DNA of 64,000 nucleotides from Octopus vulgaris. Its lineage: Eukaryota. This document shows, piece by piece, positions 29,290-45,313 of the stretch (positions are counted from its first letter, which is position 1; every line of letters starts with the position of its first letter). The notes below the pieces were generated by a model. The model did no database searches. It saw nothing but the letters and a program-made list of their open reading frames with translations, and was not told the DNA's origin. Location: the NCBI GenBank assembly GCA_951406725.2, contig OX597817.1:80910001-80974000 (forward strand), in the 5' to 3' direction. A program made the position numbers and the translations under genes.

Positions 29290-31349
29290 GAAATAGATAG
29301 ATACATAGATAGATAGAAGAGAATAAATGTGTATGTGCGTACGTTATGTCTATAATTAACAACATACCGATACACACGTTTTTTAGAAAAATATTTATGT
29401 ATATATGATTTGCGTAAATATATGCACATTTATATATATATATATTTCTTTACACGTATATATGTTTTACGTAATATATACATATGCAGATATGTACATG
29501 CACATGTATGCATACACATACACATGCATACATACATGCGTAAGTACAGTCATACATACGTACAAGCACACACATATGTACGCATATCTATATGCATGTT
29601 CTCATGCATGTATACATACATGTATACATATGCGCAAGCAGACATAAATGCATACATGCATACATACATACATACATACGTACATAAATACACACATATA
29701 TAAACCACATCATGCATTCATCACACATACACATGCGTACATACATGTATGCTTATATATATATATACATATACACACACATATTTGTATATGTATAGAT
29801 ATACGTACATTCGTCATACACTTGTACACGCATACATACATCCATATATATATATATATATGCATTCATACATAAATTCTTACGCAAGTATTAGAAACCA
29901 TATTTAAATGAGATAAATATATAATTAAATGCAAATTTGCATGAGAGAAAATCCAACATTTTAGAAAAGCAGTTGGAGAGAAGCCAGTATAAGAAAACAT
30001 TCGGGGGTTGATGGTTCTTGCTTTTTATTAATGGGAGTATGTCTTGTATGTACTATTAGATGTACGACTGCTACTGTGTGTGTATTTAGAGCCCCATGTA
30101 GATTATCATCGTCCAGTCTGCTTCTTGCATAGTGGTTTGTTTAATACTGTAGTTAGTAATATTACTGGCTATGATTTATAGAGAGCAAACATAAGAGAAA
30201 GTTAGATAAACTCACGATTATATCATTCATTCCTACGTACGTTTCACTATTGTGGTTGTTTGGATTTCTGCGTTGGCTATTTTAAAGTTAATTGGATGCT
30301 TAACAACAGGAGATCACTAGGGAACACTTTATTGCATTATGTTACAGAGATTTAATGTCGATTTGATTAAGCAACCATTTGTACTTAGAATATCTATTGC
30401 AGAGCTTCAAACAACCACAACGGTGAAGTGTACGTAAAAACAAATGATATAAGCCTGTGTTTATCATATTTTCTTATACATGTGTCTGTGTGTGCTCTCT
30501 TCTGTTTTTAATCATTTAAATTCTTCTTTTAAGGACGGAGCTAGTTCCGAACAAAGATACACAGTTCCATTGTTGGAATGTAGATAACGGAAACATTGTC
30601 ACATTTTAAACTTGAGAAAAGTCATGCGTATTTTTATTGTTCCACTTACTAACTGCAATTGTAATACTGGAGTTATTCTGAAAATCCCAGTTTATCTAGA
30701 TGTATGTGCGTGATGTACGCATGATGTGTTTATATATGTATTTATGTATGTACGTATGCATGTGTGTATGTATGGACGAGTGGATGCATCTGTGCATGCA
30801 TGTTTATATGTGTGCATACACATATGCATGTATATATGTATACTGGTATTTGAGCATGCATTGTTATCTCTATGCATGTTTGCATGTGTGCATGTATATA
30901 CGTATGTGTGCATGTGTGCATATGTGTATATGTGTGTATGTATGCATATATATGCGTATCTATGCATGTATGCATGTACGTATTATGTATGGATATGTTA
31001 TTTGATGTTGCTGCTTAACCCAGCTCTCTCCTGTTGTTCTCAATCAATTGCCAAAGGTGTCTCTTCCGTGACCAACCCGTGTATAAATTCATATTTGCTA
31101 CCGGAACTCGGTAATGTGTTAGTTGAGGAAACTGGGCTGCTATTTTTTGCATATCAAACTACCTCTTTGGCTCATTCACCGGTTGTGAATGCAGAAACGG
31201 CCAGCCGATTAAGAAATTCCATAACTTTTTCCAGATTCACACAAGAAAGTACTGAAAAACGCCTTTTAATTAATGTTCACTATTATTAATGTTTTTGTTG
31301 TGCTGTTGCTGCTGCTGCTGCTGTTGTTGTTATTGTTGTTGTTATTGTT

Positions 31350-31660
31350 AAGGTGTGTGGCTTAGTGGTTAGGGTATTCGACTCACGATCGCTAAGACGT
31401 GGGTTCGATTCCCGGCTATACCTTGTGTCCTTAAGCAAGACATTTTATTTCACGTTGCTCCAGCCCACTCAGCTCGCAAAAATGAGTTATACCCGTATTT
31501 CAAAGAGCCAACCTTGTCCCATTCTCTGTCACTCTGAAATACGATAGGGGCGAGCGTGACTGTGGTGTGCTCAGCCTCTTGCACGTTAAGTTCACGAGCG
31601 GGCTATTCCGTTGATCGGATCAACTAGAACCCTCGTTGTCGTAACCGATGAAGTGCCAGT
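31350..31660 (+). mobile_element. SINE family D
   Basis: tggcttagtggttaggg A-box, ggttcgattccc B-box, and central motif tgtgtcctt.agcaagaca..tttcacgttgctccag. Confidence 0.85.
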
Positions 31661-32024
31661 TTTTTTTTTATATTAATTGATGTTGTTGCTGTTGATGTTG
31701 TTGCTGTTGTTGCTACTTGTGTTGTTGTTTCTGCTGTAGTCTTCCTCTTCTTCCAATCAGGACTCACGCAATTAGCTACAAAGAATAATCTCTTATTCGA
31801 CCCTCCTCTAAGCTACTAAGGATGCGTGTAGCAACTTGAAGATCCACCCACCACACGCGATAGACTGGCGGTTGCACGGGCGCGAAAGCTACGTTGTTAT
31901 CCTCATTCCGTAAACGGTGGCTTTTAACGGGTGGAGATCTGAACCATCCAGGGGTATAGAGGATTCGCAATCTAGACTAGGGTCTGAAAGTTTACCACAC
32001 CATAGTGGGTTACATCATGGTTCT

Positions 32025-32238
32025 TCTGCTTTGTGACAGAAGTAGGAAGAAAGAGTGAGAGGAAGTTGTGGTGAAACAGTACAGCGGGGTTCACCACCAC
32101 CGCCACCACCCCGCCGGAACCTCGTGGAGCTTAGATGTTTTTGCTCAATAAACACTCACAATGCCCGATCTGGGAATCGAAACTGCGTTCTTACGACCGC
32201 GAGTCCGCTGCCCTAACCACTGGGCCATTGCAACTCCA
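32025..32238 (-). mobile_element. SINE family C
   Basis: Minus strand: tggcccagtggttagggc..gtttcgattccc..gtgtttattgagcaaaaacatctaagctccacg..acaacttcctctcactctttc. Confidence 0.8.
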
Positions 32239-32547
32239 CTTGTTACTGCTGTTATTGTTGTTACTTTCCCGTTTCTGCTATTACTATCATTGTTATTTAG
32301 CCCCAGGCCGGCACTGATCGAGTAGGTCTATATTCGAAGACGTCCAAATCGCACCGCTCCATCTTTTTTTTATTTTCTCCAAGATTATGTACCGGTTTCT
32401 TCTACTTTTAATATAGCATTATTTGATTTCCGAAAATTCTAGCTGATACTTCTAGCTGACCAATTGACGAAATAGATACCGCTTATTTACCTTCAGTTAA
32501 ACAACAACAACATTATTAAAAAAAATTGGTTATGGTTAAGCCACATT

Positions 32548-32780
32548 ACCCCGTAATGACCATAAGGGCCAGTTTCCCGATTTCTCTGGCGTCCATATTC
32601 TTCCTAAGTGGAAGGCCAGTTCGTCGCAGAATTACTCATTTTTGCCAGCTGAATGGACTGGAGCAACGTGAAATAAAGGGTTTTGCTCAAGAACACAACG
32701 TATCCTCCAGTCCAGGAATGAAGATCGCCGTCTTACCATCATGAGTCCAACACCCTAACCACTAAGCCATGTGCCTCCAT
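32548..32780 (-). mobile_element. Chimeric SINE: family D head/centre with family C tail
   Basis: tttcacgttgctccagtccattcagctggcaaaaatgagt as in 31440-31490, then gaaatcgggaaactggcccttatg as in 15425-15455. Confidence 0.7.
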
Positions 32781-33309
32781 TTCAAAGAAACTACTACATA
32801 TATACAACAACTTAACACAAAATCGAATCATCTTAGTCTCTATCTACCAATCTTTCTCTCTACTTGACCTCACACCACACGAGGTCTCACGTTCGATCCC
32901 ATCTTCAGGAAACGTCTTTTACTCCGTCGTTGAATCGACACAAGTCTTGGGAGTGGAATTATGTAGGTGAAAACTCTTTGCAAGTTTGCAAGATGGATTG
33001 TTCTTGTAAACCTAAGACTTTGTCATGTCACACACACTGTGTCGCGCTGATTGTATTTGGAAAGGTACATTTGTCGGCGGTAGAGTACCCACCCACCCAA
33101 CTCAAACATTGGCACGAGAATTTAACGAACAGGTAATTCAGGGGGCATCATCTCCCTTCATCGTAACCATCATCATCATCATCATCACTACCACCACCAT
33201 CACTATCATCATCTTTATTGTCACCATTATATTCTTCATCAACATCACCATCACCATTATTGTCGCCATCACCATAACCGTGATCGTGGCCATCATCATC
33301 ATCAGAATT

Positions 33310-33355
<46 letters not shown>

Positions 33356-33779
33356 CTATCATCATCACCACCTCCACCACCACCACCACCACCGCCACCA
33401 TCATCATCATCATTGTCATCATTATCGCTTTCATCAACGTCACCATTACCATCATTCTCACTATCATCATAGTCGTTGTCGTAGCCGTCGTCGTTTCTAT
33501 CATCACATTATCAGCATAATCGTTATCATCATCATCCTCATTAACATCATCCTCATCATCATCGTCGACATCGTAGTCGTTTTCGTCTTGTAACTAATAT
33601 CATCTGCTAATTCATATTGCAAAAAAATAAACTGAATAAAGAAAAGTTTTCTGAACACAGAGACAGATAGAAAATGAGAAAGAGAGAGTGAGACAGAGAG
33701 CAAGATAATCTGTGACAAAGAGAGAGAGTGCGTGTATGTTTGTATGTGTGTTTGATTAAGTGTGTGTATATATATACAC

Positions 33780-35175
<1,396 letters not shown>

Positions 35176-35503
35176 TATAGTATTTTTGTGTGTCTACACA
35201 TATAGTACTTGTATGTGTATATGGGTATAGCATTAGCACATTTACTCATTGTACATTATTATCTTTACAGAAGTAACAGGAAATAAGATATCTACTTACA
35301 TGTTAAAATGTATTTGTTTCTGATTGTTTTATTGTTCTGTTAGTGTTGGTACTGTGGATGTTGTTTATGTTGTTGTTCGAGCTCAGCGGTTATTGTTGTG
35401 ATTGTGATGCTGTTGCTGGTGGTTGGTGTTGGTGGCTATTCTCGTGAAACTTGTTATAATGTTCGCAGTGTTTCATCATATACATGGATAGATGGACAGA
35501 CAA

Positions 35504-35595
<92 letters not shown>

Positions 35596-35716
35596 TGTAT
35601 ATATGTATAACCATGTATAATATATGTATGTATATATTTATATATATGTATGTATGTATATATATATATATTTATATATGTATATATATAAATATATATG
35701 TATATATTTATATATG

Positions 35717-35779
<63 letters not shown>

Positions 35780-35859
35780 CAAACACACATATACATACAC
35801 GTATACGTATATATGTATATATATGTGAGACATAGTACCAGCATTCAGCTGCAGCCGAA

Positions 35860-36900
35860 TGGTATTACTCTACTATAAGTTTCACGATAAAATGGATCAA
35901 TCAAATTGCATGATGTACGGCAACAAGAGGTTTAACTTTATCTAAGATGGCGTTTCATCCCTACTCTTTCATTGTTTAATTCAGCTCACATGATTCTCTG
36001 GTAAGTGATGGTAATTTCCGACTGAAAAAAATCATTTCTCTCAAGATGGGTAACTTTAACTTCCTGCCGGAATTCAGCGTTTGTTTAATATGATAGCAAA
36101 CGCAGTTCTTACTTCACTTAAAAGTGATGTTTTCTTTTAGGTACCTAGGTAACTCTTGTATTAGATGGTGAAAGCTGATAACCCTTGAGTTACATGGTAT
36201 ACTTTGATAACTCTTATACTACATAAGATGTTATTTTTATATTTTGTGGGATTTTTGAGTTAGTGTACTAAATGCGTTAGCAGGAGTTAATATTACGACT
36301 TCATCGCTAGTCGATTAAATTTCAGCCAATTTGTAGAAATATGCTGCGTTAAATTTGAAGCTTAAATTTATTTCCATTGCGGTATGACAAGAAAGTTTAT
36401 TCTCTCCTGTTGAATATACAACCAGGGAGAATAATAAAGATTTTGGGGTTTTCCGTCACACATCGATTACAGCACTTACTATGACCATTGTGTTCTTTTG
36501 CCTATAAAACAATATTCCGTTTTATCCAGGATCTGCTTTTGCCTGTCTTTCAAACACCAAATATATTTCGAAAACGATGTTTCTAGGCCTAAGCGATTTA
36601 TTTCGAGGCCTAAGCGATTGGATGTGCTGCATAAAGCTAGCTTTAAAAGTTTTTGTACTGAATCCGGTATCCGATTTTACTGTTCAAATGTGCACCTGCT
36701 CTGGACCTACTTCTTTTGACAGACATTTTCCGCTCAACGGGCACTTAATTGAGTATCTGAAATTACATTCAAATTGGGTTATTTTCTCTGGTGCTAATAA
36801 ATTTTTAGTTGTCACTGCAGATTTACATAATGTTATCAATACAATCATTACTGCGCTTAACAGAGTTTTTACTGACGACATTGCTACAATTGCGTGGAGT
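35860..36900 (-). mobile_element. Penelope-like element 3' remnant: GIY-YIG endonuclease region plus pLTR
   Basis: Minus strand: ECNFRYSIKCPLSGKCLSKEV (CNC....CPL.G.CL), GFSTKTFKASFMQHIQSLR (YIG.T..FK.R...H..SFR), TSFSKYIWCLKD and FNRRE..SYRNGNKFKL (LNKR.E..S.CRH.NKF). A degenerate hammerhead lies about 450 bp downstream. Confidence 0.8.
35868..35906 (-). ncRNA. Degenerate hammerhead motif in PLE pLTR
   Basis: Minus strand: ttgattga-tccattttatcg-tGAAAC-ttata-GTA. Helix III and the GUA site are intact; the core and stem II are decayed. Position is as expected for a pLTR. Confidence 0.35.
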
Positions 36901-37088
36901 GAGAAAGTGCCTTCTCATTAGTGTTAAGGAAGGCCCTAGCTAAACATGCAGATGCATGTGAATCATTGGATTGAGGATCAATCAAAAACTTATTCAATTT
37001 TCGTGTTGTGCATTTTTGCTGTTGGTTACTTAATGTACTTCAGCTGGTTAAAAACAAATGTTTTACAGATACATAAAAAGACACACAG

Positions 37089-37173
<85 letters not shown>

Positions 37174-37193
37174 TGTATATACATACATACATA

Positions 37194-37233
<40 letters not shown>

Positions 37234-37444
37234 TATGTATGTATGTATATACATGTATATGTGTGTGTATCTACGTATATATAAAAACATAATTGTGTAT
37301 ATATATATGTATATATGATATTTGTGTGTGTGTGTCTGTCTGTCTTTGTCTGTGTGTATGTGTGTTTATGTATATTATACTGCTCCGCTATTGGTAGATC
37401 AATAAAAACTACTCCATTCGGTGAAAGGGAAATATAAGTTAACA

Positions 37445-38255
37445 TACACAGGATTTAGATTCGAACTACAAGTAGTTTCATGCTATGATAACACACTAAA
37501 CAGGCAAGCATTTAAATCAAGCCTTGTGCTTCTAAGCAATCTCTCAGACTCAATATAAAGCAAGGTTGGTCTTTTTTGAAAAGACGAGATAGGACTTGAA
37601 AAAAACAAACAAATAAGAAATAACGTTGTTCTTTGAGAAAGTACTTTTTGTCTTTATCTTCCTCTCAACTTTTTTCCTGTTTTCTCAAAACCAGCGTCCC
37701 TGATATATAATTGAAAACAAAACAGATCATACAATGAAAGCAAGCAAGAGAAAATTTATAAAAAGTGGAGGCTCTACCATGAGTCTGTGAACGTGTAGTG
37801 TCACTTTTTGTAGAACTACATTAAGATTTTATGAGTGATTAACGAGTGAATGTGTAGTAGTGTGTAGTCTATTTTATTTTATTCTATTTATTTTTAATTC
37901 CTTCATTTCTCTCTCTTCTCTTTCCTCGTTTTTTATTTTATTTATTTATATATTTATTTATTTCTCATTTTCTTTCTTTTCAAAATAAAAAGGTCTTGTT
38001 CCCCATTTCTTTTATACAAGACTTCACGGTTCCCTGGCCGTGCTGTCTTGAATTATAACAGGGAAAAGTAGAAATAAAAAAGTTAATTATAAAAAACAAA
38101 CTAACGTTCCTTTTTTGTCTTTCAAAAGTAGACCAGTTACTTTATAAAATTTGAGTTTGAATAATTGCTTGCAAACACTTGTCTTCATACATAAGTTTGC
38201 TTGTTTACTATGTTTTCATGGCATGAAACTAATAGTAGCTCAAATTTAAATACAC
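37445..38255. mobile_element. Degenerate foldback/MITE-like element with long imperfect TIRs
   Basis: 37450-37595 (gatttagattcgaactacaagtagtttcatgctatgataaca..) aligns with the reverse complement of 38100-38252 (gtatttaaatttgagctactattagtttcatgccatgaaaaca..). Confidence 0.6.
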
Positions 38256-38446
38256 GTTTTATAATTGTGACAGTTGTACTTAACTGTAATATATGAGGAA
38301 GTGATCGTTTGTATGTACTTGAAAGAGAAAAGATAAATACAAATACAGTGGCTTATATTAGTTAATACACCGCTCCTATTATAGGTAGATAGATAGACAG
38401 ACAGACAGACATACAGACAGACAGACAGAAAGACAGACAGACAGAC

Positions 38447-38499
<53 letters not shown>

Positions 38500-38591
38500 T
38501 ATAGATAGATAGATAGACAGGTATGTATGTATGTATATATTATATATATTAAGAATATATATGGAGATGAATGTATATATAATGCACATAC

Positions 38592-38630
<39 letters not shown>

Positions 38631-38631
38631 G

Positions 38632-38692
<61 letters not shown>

Positions 38693-39054
38693 AAAAACAA
38701 AACAAAACAAAACCTATCGAAACCGAAACGGCCAATGAGAACGGAATTAAGAAATCTATGCAGGAAACATGAAATGAAACGTGTAAACAACAGTCGATCC
38801 CTGGGGAGCTGTTAGTATTAGTTGCATTATTGCAGCATTTGTTTTTCATTGATTTTACAGTTGACACAAGATACACAATACAATTAAGCAAGAAAGAAAG
38901 ATGACAATAGTTTTCTTGTTAACCAATTTATACTGTTCTCTAGTTTCAACACACGTTGATCTAACGCGCACACAGGGAATAACTCATATCTATCTATCTA
39001 TTTGTGTATATATATATATTTGTGTGTGTGTGTGTGTGTATGTATATATGTATG

Positions 39055-39121
<67 letters not shown>

Positions 39122-39139
39122 CTATATTCTTTTTTTCCA

Positions 39140-39560
39140 TTTGTATGTGTGTGTATGTGTTTGTGTCTGTATATGTCCTCCCAACATCGCTTGACAACCG
39201 ATGCTGGTGTGTTTATGTCCCCGTGAATTAGCGGTTCGGCAAAAGAGACCGATAGAATAAGTACCAGGCTTCCAATGAATAAGTCCTGGCGTCGATTTGC
39301 TCGACTAAAGGCGGAGCTCCAGCTTCAGTCAAATGACTGAAACAAGTAAAAGAGTAAAAGAGAGTAAAGAGTATATGTGTGTGTATGTGTGTGTGTGTGA
39401 CAGAGAGAGAGAAAGAGAGGGAGAAAGACAGTGTATATATGTGTGTCTTTGCGTCTGTGTTTGTACCCCACCACCGCTTGACAAACGGTGCTTGCGTATT
39501 TACGTCCCCGAAACATAGCGGTTCGGCACAAAATATCGATAGGATAAGTAGCAAGCTTTA
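39140..39560 (+). mobile_element. Two SINE family B 3' halves
   Basis: cgcttgacaa..tgtttatgtcccc..agcggttcggc..gatagaataagtac; tail agtaaaagagtaaaagag. Confidence 0.8.
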
Positions 39561-39823
39561 AAAACGAAATTTAAAAACCTCCTTGGTCGATACATTCGAT
39601 CAAAAATTCTTTCATTTGTCTTAGTCATTTGACCGTGGCTATGCTGGAGCCCTGCTATGAAGTGTTTTTGTCGAATAATTCGACCCCAGGACATATTTTT
39701 TTAAGACCTAGTACATATTCGATCGGTCTCCTTGCTGAACCGCTAACTTACGGGGATGTAAAAACAACAACACCGGTTGTCAGGCGATGGTGGTGAGGAC
39801 AATTACAGATAACACACACACAC

Positions 39824-39915
<92 letters not shown>

Positions 39916-39917
<2 letters not shown>

Positions 39918-39987
39918 CGGGAAGGTTTACAAAAAGAAACAAGGAGAGAAAAAAAATTGCGTGTAGGGGCTAATGATCCAACATGGC

Positions 39988-40035
<48 letters not shown>

Positions 40036-40341
40036 AATCCAAACGGGAAACAAAAAAAAACAACAACAATGGAACAATTACAGTATTATTATTAATAGGC
40101 GCTCAGGAAATGGAAATATATATATATATATATTCAACATGTGATCTCTTGAGCACCAGCAGCAAAAATATTTTTTTCCTCTGTCTTCCCTTCTTGGGAT
40201 CTTTCCTTCTCCTTGTTTCCGACGAAGAGCTCCGCTCGAAACGTTAAACCCTCCTTCCCTTCTTTCCTGAGCGTCAAATAATACTTTAATTGTTCCACGT
40301 CCTCGCGTTGCTGTGTTTTTTTCTGTGTTTTCTTGTTTGTT

Positions 40342-40346
<5 letters not shown>
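39916..40346 (+). mobile_element. Penelope-like pLTR fragment with partial inverted copy
   Basis: 40040-40115 is an inverted copy of 40258-40345 (tggaacaatta.agtattatt..gcgctcaggaaa). Contains a hammerhead motif and is flanked by (TA)n. Confidence 0.7.
40213..40249 (+). ncRNA. Minimal type I hammerhead ribozyme motif (PLE type)
   Basis: GUUU-CCGACGA-A-GAGC-ucc-GCUC-GAA-ACGU-U-AAAC: stem I, core (U4C variant, extra A), 4-bp stem II and palindromic helix III. Predicted cleavage after 40245. Confidence 0.7.
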
Positions 40347-40382
<36 letters not shown>

Positions 40383-40911
40383 GATGGGCTTCTTTCAGTT
40401 TCCGTCTACCAAATGCACTCACAAGGCTTTGGTTGACCCGAGGCTATAGTAGAAGACACTTGCCCAAGCTGACACGCAGTAGGATTGAACCCAGCACCAG
40501 GTGACTGAAAAGCAAGCTTCTTACCACACACCCGCACCTATACACACACATATACATACATACATATATATATTAATGAAAGAAAAAGCCATTATACTTT
40601 ATTAAGGAGAGAGCCACCTATTTTCAATATTTCGGCAAACGGTAAGCCCTAGTCATAAAGCAGTACATTTGATCAAATTACTTAGCTTCTGCTTAAATTG
40701 TATGGCCTCCCTGTCGATTTTAGTGTATTTGCATTCCAGCTGTTTTATAGACTGAAATATCTCGTTACTGAAGTAGAGTGAAGGCGGTTGTGTATACCAC
40801 AGATGCTTGAACTGTTAATGTAATCTTAATCAAATAGATTAAGTGAATATTGTATGATCAAACTAGGTGAGTCCTGTCGGTGTACCGTAGTAGTAGTAGT
40901 AGTAGTAGTAA

Positions 40912-40968
<57 letters not shown>

Positions 40969-41131
40969 CAGCAGCAGTAGTAGTAGTATCATTATTCTTA
41001 TTATTCTCACCATCATAACTTAACGCATAATCATCATCATCATCATAATCATCATCATCGCCTCCATCCTCGTCATCATGACAATATCCACTCCGTCGTA
41101 CCTAATCAGATTATTACCATCAACATCATCC

Positions 41132-41228
<97 letters not shown>

Positions 41229-41294
41229 CACTATTATTATTATTATTATCATTATTATTATTATTATCATTATTATTATTATTATTATTATTAA

Positions 41295-41331
<37 letters not shown>

Positions 41332-41334
<3 letters not shown>

Positions 41335-41470
41335 TCGCCTGCCGCTACGTTCTGAGTTCAAATTCCGTCGAGGTCGACTTTGCCTTCCATCCTTTCGGGC
41401 TCGATAAAAATAAGTAATCAACTCATACCTTCCCATCAAAATTGCTGCCCTTGTGGCAGAAATTTGAAAC
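41332..41470 (+). mobile_element. SINE family A, 5'-truncated
   Basis: gccgctacgttctgagttcaaattccgtcgaggtcgactttgcc. Confidence 0.8.
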
Positions 41471-41696
41471 TATTGTTATTATTATTGTTATTTTTATTAT
41501 AATTATTGTTGTCGTCATCATCATTGTTTTAACGTAAATAATTAAAGAAAATTCATCATTAATATATGATGCATAAAATGGCAATTTTATCGGATTAGAT
41601 AACTTTAATTCACAAGAAAAGTGTTACACTTCTGTATACTCACACAAAATTGTATGTATGCGCAATATAAAATTAAAATATGTATATATGTATTAT

Positions 41697-41745
<49 letters not shown>

Positions 41746-43230
41746 AGAAGGTTGTACATACATATGTGTGTGTATGAGAAGTTTATACGTGTATATGTGT
41801 ATGTATTGCTACTTGTATCTCTGTATATGTGTAAGGCTTCGAGCGTACGCTCCTTGTTATGTATCTATAATATCTATAATTTTACATCACTCTTATATAT
41901 GCATATATATATATACACAGTGCGCGTGTGTGTCTATATATACATACATACATACATACATACATACATACATACATACATACATACATACATACATACA
42001 TACACATATATGCATATATGAGCGTAGATGTGTGTATGTGAGCGTGTGCCTGTGAGTGTGAGCGTATTTGTGTGCAAATAAACACGTCGAGGGAAGGTAA
42101 ATTCAATTGCGCAATCGTTTGTAACTGGAACCAGATTGTCTATCACAATTGATGTGTGAGATTGTACACCCAATTTATGTCCAACCCGTAAACGTGTTAT
42201 ATATTATAGACCATCGAATTACCGCTTAAACTCTAGTCAACTGCAGATGCATGAAATTATACATTAAGGATGGCGAGAGGGAGGGACACTTATAAAGCAA
42301 ATGTGAATCTCTCCAAGGGATAACAGAATGCAGATAAAGCGATGAACTAATTTTAAATATAAGTCTATATGGTCCAGATGAAATAATTCGAATTCAAATA
42401 TTTATAGTATTGCTGTATGAATTTGCTAATCGCTTTCTATTCTTTCTATTCTCTGTGTTATGTATGCTTAGATCTAGAATCTAGAAAATTCTCCGTGTTT
42501 TAAGAGACGATAGTTCGCACTTCGTTATCGCCAATACAAGCATAAAAATAGACGGGAACGCAAATACAGGGAGCGGCAGAAATGTATTCCATATTTTACA
42601 AGGATATTGTTTTAAAGCTAGTGAAGTTAGACGGATAGTAATGGCGTCTTCATGCAGCTAATGTTTTACCGTGTGTTGTTTTTAGTTATTATTATGTGTT
42701 AATCCTCTGAAATGTTTATTAAGAATGGTGAATCTGTGGGGGTTTTGCCGCACCTCGTGCGAACACATGACCGGATTCGAAAGACGCGAACATGCGTTTA
42801 AAAAGACACCTTCGCGCGCAAACATACACGCACATAGATTCAAACACGCATATACATACTTACACAGCACACACACACACACACACTCACACATACATAT
42901 TTACACATACGCACGCATGCACACTCATATACACACATACACACGCATACACACATCATGTACACACATGTATATACCCATGCAGAAGGATTTTGATTAA
43001 CCTTCTATACATATATTCACACGTAAACATACAGATACAAATGCGTACACAAAAGCCTATTCATGCTACAAAACACACGCATGCGCACACACACATAGCC
43101 ACACTCATAGCCACACACGCATCCACACACACATACCCACACCCTAAGCTTACCCGTATACAAAGCAGCGCACATAAGCATGCGCATCCAAGTACACATG
43201 CACCTATAACATATACACGCATATGCAGAC

Positions 43231-43303
<73 letters not shown>

Positions 43304-44261
43304 CGTGCATGCTCCACTCTTACGCACCGCTCTGTATACATACGTATACATTTATACATGTGCAGACAGACAGATAGACATACTGACAGACAGGCAGGCA
43401 GGCAAGCAGAGGCAGATATTCCAACACATCTTTATACACATTAAAAAGAAATATAAATGTAGTTACACTTTTTATTATATGCGCAAAAATTGCACATGTC
43501 CGTGTGTGAGTGTATCTATATATGCCAGCATATCTTTCTGGACGTGTGTGTGTGTGTGTGTGTGTAAGTATGTGTGTTTGTGTGAGTTTTAGCGTCTACA
43601 TGTTCCGCCGTCTGTAGTGATACGTTTGTTTAAATATGTATGACTGTATTTCTACATACATAATTCATATGTATATAACGAAGTTCTGGGTGTATATACG
43701 AGGAATTAAATCACAGTGGAATAATTATATCAATATTATGAAATCAAATTGCAACTTGTTAACACTGTAATCTACACACTAAATTTACACACGGCATATA
43801 TAATCTCACTTAAGATCATGTCGACAATAACGCGAATCCTCATATATGCATATATAAATATGTACATTTACATATGCATATATATGCGTATATATGTGCA
43901 TATATGTGTGTGTGTGTGTGGATGTTCATTAATACATTCATATATTCTCATATATATATATATATATATACATAGACACATTTATATATACATATATATA
44001 TGAGGTTGTGTGTTCACAGATAAAAATATATAAATCCATGTATGTATATATGTATGTGACATATGTATTTAAGCATATATGTCTTGATGAGACACACACA
44101 CACACATACACACACACACATATACACACACACACATACACACACAGTCACATATATTATATGCATATATATAAAGATATATATGTATATAAATTTTATG
44201 CAAACATATGGTTATATGCATATATATGTGTGTGTGTGAGATGTGGAGTGTATAGTTGCAT

Positions 44262-44332
<71 letters not shown>

Positions 44333-44435
44333 TATATATATTCATGTATATATATATATATATATACATACATATATACATATATACATACATATATATA
44401 TACAATATACATACAATATACATACATATATATAT

Positions 44436-44486
<51 letters not shown>

Positions 44487-44569
44487 GTATGTATATTCAT
44501 GAATGTATATATATATATATATATATACATATATACATACGTGTGTATGTATGTATGTATGTATGTATG

Positions 44570-44600
<31 letters not shown>

Positions 44601-45231
44601 GTATGTATGTATGTATGTATGTATGCATGCATGTATGCATGTATGTATGCACGCACATTCTGTTGTAAATCAAAGTATAAAAAATATGTCGACCGGCATG
44701 TCAGCTAATCCATAAAAAATATGAAAATACACTTGTCAGGGTGAATATAAAATTACGTATATAAATCTGTGCGTGTTTCCATGTGTTTGAATGCCTATGT
44801 GAGTGTGCGCGCCTTTTTGTACATGTGTATAGGAGAGTGCGTCTGTGAGTGTGTGTGTATGTGTGTGCACATGCATGTGTAAATGTGTGTTTGTGCGCGC
44901 GCGCACACAGATGCGTAAATGTGTATGTGTGTCTACGTGTGTGTGTGTGCTTTAGTTATAGTTTATTGCTATTGTTTATTTTCGTTGTATATTCCACTTT
45001 ATAGATCAAAAACGGTGTTTTGCAGTTTCAGCAACCGTATTATGCACACACACACACATACACACACATACATACACTCACACATAAACAATATAAACAT
45101 ACACATATACGTAGATGCCCATACATATATGCATACTATATATAATATATTTTATATAAATATATATTATAAATTGTTATATATATTATATATATGTATG
45201 TGTGCATATATATGTGTGTAAATATTCTATG

Positions 45232-45313
<82 letters not shown>

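Larger units (their letters stand above)
39612..40540 (-). mobile_element. SINE family B split by a PLE-type insertion in its internal (TA)n
   Basis: The 3' half (39612-39810) and 5' half (40380-40540) are colinear parts of one copy. Confidence 0.8.
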
